Below are positions 56,631-64,000 of a stretch of DNA of 64,000 bases, piece after piece. A program made the position numbers and the translations under genes. The stretch is from Epithemia pelagica (taxonomy: Eukaryota > Protista > Bacillariophyta). The stretch is from NCBI GenBank assembly GCA_946965045.2, contig OX337230.1, forward strand, positions 3,782,001 to 3,846,000, in the 5' to 3' direction. Position 1 is the stretch's first letter; each line of letters opens with the position of its first letter. Under the pieces are notes generated by a model. That model saw only the letters and a list, made by a program, of their open reading frames with translations, did no database searches and had not been told where the DNA came from.

Positions 56631-58578
56631 AATGGTGATGGATTGTGTGTGTGTGTGTCACGTTTGGTTGAGACTTGGTGGAAAGAAGAGTGTTTCACGA
56701 AATTAATTCTCGAGAGCCGGTGTCACTCAAGAGTCGGTGTCAGTCGAGTATAGTTGCTGTTGCTGTTTGGAAAGTGTTCCACAACAATCGTACTCCACTC
56801 GGAATGTTGCGTTGTGTGCTTGGTTCTTGTGGATGTGATAAATGCCAATTCAATTCGTTGTTGCTTCTTGTTCGACAGGTATTCGCGTCTTGTCTACTAC
56901 AGTTTGGTTCGTTTGGGTGTTGGACTTTTTTACTTTGTTGTTGTCAATGGTCCTTCTTTTTTGTGTGTCTTGGGAATGTGGATTGGTCGCGCACCGTGGA
57001 TGGCATATTGTAGCGTGTGGAGCGTGCGAGGATGCCAGTCGTGTCGAGGTTCTTGTTCCCGGCCTCGCTCTTTGGTTGGAATGATCGAGCGTGCACAGAT
57101 ATGAGTATACAACAAGGTGTACCTTATTAACGTTCGATAACGTTGATTCGTCGAATTTGGCGGGCTTTGTACAGTATCTAGAGTAGAATAATACAAATGC
57201 CGTTGGAAGGAAGTCATCGTCCATATTGTATTGTAGACAACAGCCAATGATGGCGATCGTTTGATACAGAAAACAAGATGTCGTTATCACAAAATCGCAA
57301 AACGAAACAAGACACACACACAACGACAAAAGAATGGGCGACCATCCAGAATGGGCAAGTATCCAACCCTATTCTACTACCGTAAATGTTGGGTCTATTG
57401 CACCATTGCTTTATAGCACCAAACGCATGATTTAACTGCTAAAAGGAGCCTGTCTGCCAGAAATTCGCCCGCCCTTCCCTCCAACAGAGCCCCACTTGCT
57501 CTAAGAAGTATATAAAGAAGAAATCATAGTTGTAGTGGAGAGCGTGGGGGGAGAGACCATGCCAAAAAATTCCTTATCTTTCACGAACTGACTGCATACA
57601 TTTCGACCTTATATAACATTAGAAGGGTACGTCCGATCTTAATGAAACGCAGTGATTCGGAAAGCGCGTGACGAGCTCTTTCGAATGATGGTCTCACCAT
57701 CGGTCAATTCAATAGTGTTCTTGAGTTATTCTTTCAAGCAATTTCTGGAATTATTCTATTATAGATTCAAAAAATTAACTACCAATCCGTTGAGGCCTAC
57801 TACTTGGGCCTATAGTAAAAAGCATCCGGTCAATCAACGGATGGTGCAATAGACCCAACATTTACGGTAGGTAGAACATCCAAGACATGCAATACTCCCA
57901 CCAGTCAAATGGCAACGATGGCTCGCACAAGCGTTCTGCGTTTGAATATGTGTGTGTTCCCACAGACAGGTGAAGAGAGAATCCATGTCTGGAAGGGAAA
58001 GAGACTGGTGGTAGAAATCGGAAACAACAGACGTGCATCATTCTCTCTGACAAGTTACAAAAGACAAACCACACACATTGATAGATCCATTTCGAGGATG
58101 GGAACACCGAGAGAGAGAGAGAAAAAAAACACTCCGTCCAAATCATCATTCCACCCAACGAGTCATGAAAGTCATCCGGACAAAAGAAGAAGAAGAATGA
58201 CGAATGGCTGTCTCTTTGACACACAGTTTCGATCGACTCGATCGACACCTTCTGACTCAGAGAAGGAACGAACGAGAGAACCAAAAAAATGATGTGTGAA
58301 ACTCGTCTGGGAGGAGGATTCACGCGAGTCGTTCGTTGACACTGTCTTTATATCATCCACGACAAGTGATGGTGGTGGGATTCCTCCCCGGAAGCAACCA
58401 CATTTTGAGGAGGAGCTCGTCGCTCGAGACCACACCATTCAAAGTATGATTGGCAAGACATGCTTCACAGTTTAGGATATTCTACCAAAGCCATCAAGTC
58501 GGAGTTCCAACACAAAACAGGAGGTTTTTTGTTCCTCACACACAAGTTGACGAGCGTCGTGGTACAACCGAGACCATC

Positions 58579-58593
58579 ATGGTATCGTTCCCC

Positions 58594-58652
<59 letters not shown>

Positions 58653-61194
58653 CGACTATTGCAACACTAGCCCTCGTCGAGCATCCTGGCACTGCCCCCG
58701 TGGGTTCTGGTGCTGGTCGAGTTTCCTGTTGCTTCTATTACTGCTGTTTTCGTTCGGCTGGTACGGCAGCATTGGCAGAAAGACCATCCTCATGGCGTTT
58801 TCGTCGTCGTCGTCGTCTTCTTCTGCTTCTCCTACGAACGACAAGGACGAGACTCGAATCGGCGTGGCAGTGTCTCGCACACCACAAAGAAGAAGAAGAA
58901 GAAGTACGCACGCACCATTCGTAACGCCCCAACGGTCGTTGTGGTTTGGGGTGGAAGACGAGGATCGTTCAGAGACTCGGTCATCATCATCATCATCATC
59001 ATCATCGCCCGTGGACGACGAGACGAAACATCGAGTTAGTATTGGTTCCCCCCACAACAACGACAACAATAGCAATAACCACGGCCAACTCGTGCCATTG
59101 GAGCTCGTCCTGTGTCGATTGGAAGCCCTTCACATTCAATATCCTCACAATGACACCGAATGGATGGACGAAGAGGAAACAGAAGAAGAAGAAGACTATC
59201 AAGAGTTTGTGTGGAAAGAGAAGGATTTCAATCGCACTAGTAGTAGTTCCACTCCCGATGAGACGTTTGTCTGTCGTCTCGTTGTGGACCAGGATATCAG
59301 CAGCAGCAACGACCACGACGACAACAACAACAACCATGCAATCGTTTCGTCAGTTTTGACCATGGGGTCGTCGGCCTGGGAGCTTATCGTGCCACCGTGG
59401 GTCCAAGCCCAGTATCATCGTTCGTTTGGGACCACTCCGTTCCCCAATGACCCAGTCACGAACCACCAAGCATCCACTATCAAGGGCTTTTGGATGCAAG
59501 TCACGCAAGTTGTCTTGGACGAACCCAATGTCCAACTGTTAATGACACCGCACTCGGAATTTGTACCCGTTGCACGTAACAACAGCACCACCATGGACGG
59601 CGGCCAGTCAGAAGAACACGGAGAAGAAACCAATAAAACACAAGATCATGAACCGGACGGAACCAACCTCCGCGGTCTCAGGGTTCCACCAACGCATGAC
59701 GGTTCAAACCTCACTCGTCGTCACCCCACGAACACGGGTAGTCGAAGCTTGTCGTCGTCGTCGGCTCCGGGCATGGGAAGTCGTACCGTGGTGGTATTGC
59801 GTGTCTCGTATTTGGACTGGGAACCCACCTGGTCGGCCAGCGAGCTACAAGGGCGCGTGTTTGGACGAGGGACGGACAAGGTCGACATCAGTTTGCGCAG
59901 TCACATGGCGGCATGTTCCCGGAACCAAGTGACGTTGCAAGTCCATCGTGGATCGGGCATTGTTCATGGTATTGTGGAAATCCGCATTTCACAAGCCATG
60001 ACGTTTGGACAAAATCCCATTCGACAATTGGAAAACAAGGCCTTGGCATTAGCTGCCAACAAGATTGGAAGATTGGATCGAATCGATCATATCATGGTTG
60101 TCCTTCCCGATGCAAGTTCCATCTTGTCCCCCCGGCACAATTATGTCGCCTATGGCTATTTGTTTGGTCAAGTGACGGTATACCATGACGTTTGGGGTGG
60201 CTACTACAGTGCCTTGGTCCACGAATGGGGACACAATGTGGGATTGCATCACAGTGGGGCGCGTCGGAGAAATCGAAACAATCAAGTCCAATTGGAAGAG
60301 TATGGTGATACTTCGGGTCTCATGGGATATAGTTTTCGACAAGTGTCGGGACCAGCCATGTGTTTTAATGCACAAAAACATTATCTCTTGCAATGGTTCC
60401 AAGGCCGTACCCGTCGTGTCGATGCGGTCGATTTGCCTTGGACGGGCAATCTCGTCTTTTTTGGAGACGATTCACCCTCCAATCAATATCCCGTTTTGAT
60501 TCATTTGAGTCGTCCAGGATTGCGACTCTTCTTGCAATACAATCAAGCCGTTGAAATCAATGAGGGGACCAAGCTCATGGCAAATCATGTCGTGGTAGTC
60601 CAGGATCGAGGACAACCGGGCGACCGAACCACAATTCTGCCCTCCCTGTATGTGGGTGCCATTGCGACGGGTGGTCGAGGCATGTTGCGGTATCGCAACT
60701 ACCAGGATTCCAAGGACTTGCTCATTCGTGTCTGTCGCCGGTACAACAATGGTACCCCGCCCTTTTTGCGACTGCACATTTCCTTGGTATCACCCAACAG
60801 CGAGGTGTTGGACAATGACCAAGTGTGCGATACCGTAAATCCCAATGACATGCCTCCCTTTTGCGACGACGATCGAACCGCCACCTTTTATGTCGATTCC
60901 GATCGTGGTACCAAGGATTGCGCCTGGTTGCGGCGACACCCCACCAATATCAATTTACTCAATCGCTTGTGTCGTCCGAGCCATGCTGCCTATCATGCCT
61001 GTGCGGAAACCTGTGGCAACTGCACGGATAATTTTCGTGATCGTTCAACGGGAACCTTTTTTGTCAATTCTCAATTGGGACGCAAAGATTGTGCCTGGTT
61101 GTCGACACAATCCTTGGCACGACAAGATGCCTTGTGTTATTCCGGTCATCGTGCCTTTGCCATGTGTCACGAAACGTGCGATCGATGCGATTGA
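58579..61194 (+). CDS. Metzincin metalloprotease, peptidase M11 (gametolysin-like), N-terminal membrane anchor, two C-terminal Cys-rich repeats
   Basis: HEWGHNVGLHH zinc motif, EYGDTSGLMG Met-turn, CFNAQK; hydrophobic WSSFLLLLLLLFSFGW; repeated KDCAWL...LC...C.ETC..C. Confidence 0.82.
58594..58653 (+). repeat. (AAC)20 microsatellite encoding poly-Asn
   Basis: Direct read of the sequence. Confidence 0.95.
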
Positions 61195-62062
61195 GTGGGC
61201 GTGGTTGGATGGGAGGGATCTAGAGATAATCTGGTATATTTTTGCGATCCTTCGTGTTCCCATTGTGGCTGTCTTCAGTTGCCAATCCAAATAGACATGT
61301 CGTTTTCGAGTCTCACTTGCTTGCTAAGGAAATACCCGGAAATCACAGCGCAACATCGTCATATGGTACTTCGACGAGGTCTATGGTGTTACTCCTATGA
61401 TGGAATATCACATCGTAGTAACAACAATAGCGTTAAGGCTACGTTTTTGTCTAGGTAGGTAGGCCACGAAGTATGGTGTGGTGGACAGACGAAAAAAGGG
61501 TTGGCCTTTGGCCTGGCCTCGTCTTTGGCCTGAGTCCCAGAATAGACAGGCCTCTCCGTAGGCTAAATGCGTCTGAACCTCGTACGATTACGAGTGATCT
61601 GATTGGCTAAAAAAGTCTAGGATAAACCGTTTTCCACCATTTATTAGAGTCATCCTCGGCATTCCCGCTTCGCAATACGAGCTGTAGCTGCATGTAGTGC
61701 GCGCATGGCGAAAACTCCATTTTTGATCTTGTCACGACTTAGTGTGACTTAAATTGTACATGCGACATATGAGGGCCAAAAACTCGAGTTAAAATTATTT
61801 TGTTGCCACTTTGAGCACAGAAATAAAAGTAAGTATATCAGTCTAATTGTCAACGGACTATGCAGTGACCTTCTTGTACATCTCTTCTACCTTGCACTTT
61901 TGTCCGTTGACAATTAGATCAAGTTTTGATGAAGTTATAGCATAAAGCAGTCCGGCTCAGGCACCCAAATTTTGGACCTGTCGGCATCAAATTCTTATTT
62001 AACAGGAAATATTTTCTACATAGGCGCGCGAGTCCATGTCACACCTGCACAGGCATCGCCTA

Positions 62063-62640
62063 CAAGCTGGTTCACGTTGCGCAGTGCATGAGTATATTAG
62101 TGTATAGGACTGTACTGGAAAAAAATCGTACATAAAATTCTATAGTGATTTTCCGCAGCACAGCACCCATGACAATGACAATGACAATGGGACGTCCCTA
62201 TGTTTGGGCAAATACGATGCCATTCATGGCCGCAAGCACAAGAACTGCTGCAACTAATATACGAAGTAGGTTTAATTTGTTTCTATGGGCACAGCTAAGG
62301 AGATGGAGAATGATTGTCCACGATGCTCAGCAGTGGAAATACGTTCACTCCTTGTGGAGACTGAACTACAGGTCGAGATGCGCGACACCCCTATGATTTC
62401 CTACTACTTTTATATCTATCCTATCGATTAGGTTGGGTGGTGCTTCGCATCTCGGCTGGTGAATGGCCATTGTCGCATGAAGCGGTCACTTGTCGTTATT
62501 GCATTTTGCATTTTACGCGACAAAATGTGAGGAGCATGAAAAAGTAACTGGTTCGAAACGCTGGGGTACTGTAGGCTGAAGTGTAGTATACAATTTCCCA
62601 CTCTGAAAAACTCATGCACTTCGCAACGTGAACCAGCTTG
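62063..62640. mobile_element. MITE derived from the 38503-45445 Tc1/mariner family, 578 bp
   Basis: TA|CAAGCTGGTTCACGTTGCG...CGCAACGTGAACCAGCTTG|TA. The left ~210 bp resembles 38503-38697 and the rest resembles ~45065-45445. Confidence 0.93.
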
Positions 62641-62724
62641 TAAGGCACGTGTTGCCAGGAAAAACCAAGCACCTAAAGCTCGTATTGCCGAATTTGTCTG
62701 TTGCCAACACCGACCAAAACCACC

Positions 62725-63651
62725 ATGGAGAAGGGCCCGTCGTCGACAGATCTGGACGACTGGATTGAGAGATTATCGAAAGGCATTGTTCTCTCCGAAA
62801 ATGAGGTCCTTCTACTCACCAAAATGGCCTGCGATATCTTGAGAAAGGAATCAAACGTGGCGATGGTCGAGGCTCCGGTCACCGTCGTAGGGGACATTCA
62901 TGGCCAGTGGCACGATCTCATGGAACTCTTTTGCATCGGAGGCGCGGTGCCAGAAACCAACTACCTGTTTTTGGGAGACTTTGTCGATCGGGGGTCTTAC
63001 AGCGTCGAAACCGTGAGCATGGTGGTCGCCCTCAAAGTGCGGTACCCGCACCGCGTGCACATGATCCGCGGCAACCACGAGAGCCGACAGATCACGCAGG
63101 TATACGGCTTTTACGACGAATGCTTGCGCAAATACGCCTCCCCCAGCGTGTGGCGATGCTTTACGGATCTCTTTGATTACCTCCCGCTCAGCGCCCTCGT
63201 GGCAAACTCCATTTTTTGCCCCCATGCGGGCTTGTCCCCCAGCATTGATACGCTGGACAACATTCGTGAATTGGATCGCGTCCAGGAGGTCCCACACGAG
63301 GGACCGATTTGTGATTTGTTGTGGTCCGATCCGGACGATCGCAGTGGTTGGGGAATCTCCCCTCGGGGAGCCGGCTACACCTTTGGCCAAGACATTACGG
63401 AGTGCTTCAACCAAGTCAACGGAACCAGAGCCATTGCGCGGGCCCATCAACTCATCATGGAGGGTTATCAATGGATGCACAATCGTCAGCTCGTAACGGT
63501 CTTTAGTGCGCCAAACTATTGCTACCGGTGTGGTAATCAAGCGGCGATTATGGAAGTGGATGAACACATGAATCAAGTATTTCAACAGTATGACCCGGCA
63601 CCTAGCCAAGGGGAGCCGCACAAGCGAGGTACTCCGGATTATTTCTTGTAG
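62725..63651 (+). CDS. PP2A: Serine/threonine protein phosphatase 2A catalytic subunit (intronless)
   Basis: [56 protein letters not shown], and the PP2A-specific C-terminus TPDYFL. Confidence 0.93.
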   Translation: MEKGPSSTDLDDWIERLSKGIVLSENEVLLLTKMACDILRKESNVAMVEAPVTVVGDIHGQWHDLMELFCIGGAVPETNYLFLGDFVDRGSYSVETVSMVVALKVRYPHRVHMIRGNHESRQITQVYGFYDECLRKYASPSVWRCFTDLFDYLPLSALVANSIFCPHAGLSPSIDTLDNIRELDRVQEVPHEGPICDLLWSDPDDRSGWGISPRGAGYTFGQDITECFNQVNGTRAIARAHQLIMEGYQWMHNRQLVTVFSAPNYCYRCGNQAAIMEVDEHMNQVFQQYDPAPSQGEPHKRGTPDYFL

Positions 63652-64000
63652 AATAATACCACATTCCATTCAATACCACCACCTATACACACACGACAGT
63701 TTAAAACTTGTAGCCGATAAATTTTTAAGGCACCAGTTTTTCCTCCCGACAAGAGTCACACCTCTCTGCCAGGAACGGAGAGAAGTAGAACGGAGATGAT
63801 TCTTGCTTGTCGGGGCGGTTGTGTTAGCCATAGCTAGAAGCAGCTGTGAAAAATTGTGTTTCAGGAAAAAGAACTCAGATCAATGATTGAGCAAGGGTTG
63901 CTGTCTCTTTTTCTTTCCAAAGATGATGCTGGGAACTCCGGAAAGCTGGGAGCTCCGGAAAGTTGTTATCCGTGGTGTGGATCCATTGTCAACAATCCTT

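Noticed and set aside
61440-62060. Additional TIR element upstream of the PP2A MITE (TTGGCC repeats)
   Set aside because: No matching inverted ends or TSD could be identified.
62851-63669. 272-aa antisense ORF over PP2A (and similar antisense ORFs over TLDc, PNKP and the transposases)
   Set aside because: Shadow frames of well-supported sense genes.
1-64000. tRNA, rRNA or other structured RNA genes
   Set aside because: None recognised by eye; a tRNAscan/Infernal run would be needed to exclude them.

Overview
Eukaryotic DNA, most likely from a diatom. This is inferred from the CoDi-type copia gag, compact genes with short GT-AG introns, poly-N/S/D tracts and a signal-plus-transit-peptide-like protein. 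No prokaryotic features, RNA genes or CRISPR arrays were found. The window is a nest of transposable elements with a few host genes. (1) 1-~20,925 looks like the right-hand part of one large accessory element. It holds a 105-bp tandem array, a double-RING protein, a 425-bp near-perfect palindrome, a TET/JBP-like 2OG-Fe(II) dioxygenase (split from its upstream ORF by one in-frame TAG), two paralogous Cys-rich genes bracketing a 170-bp satellite with higher-order structure, a Plavaka-type transposase and a divergent spliced accessory gene. (2) 20,926-28,572 is a defective Ty1/copia (CoDi) LTR retrotransposon that interrupts a P-loop gene. (3) A host PNKP-aldo/keto-reductase fusion gene with a PIP box follows. 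(4) A ~5-6 kb segmental duplication (33.2-38.3 kb vs 49.4-55.2 kb) is separated by an 11-kb nested insertion. That insertion contains a 6.9-kb Tc1/mariner-type element carrying a SET-domain gene and two other cargo ORFs, plus two non-autonomous TIR elements. (5) Host genes for a TLDc protein, an M11 metalloprotease and the PP2A catalytic subunit complete the window, with a MITE of the Tc1 element just upstream of PP2A. The most notable observation is two unrelated DNA transposons that each appear to carry a chromatin or DNA-modification enzyme (TET-like dioxygenase; SET domain). All family assignments come from motif recognition by eye and were not checked by database search.
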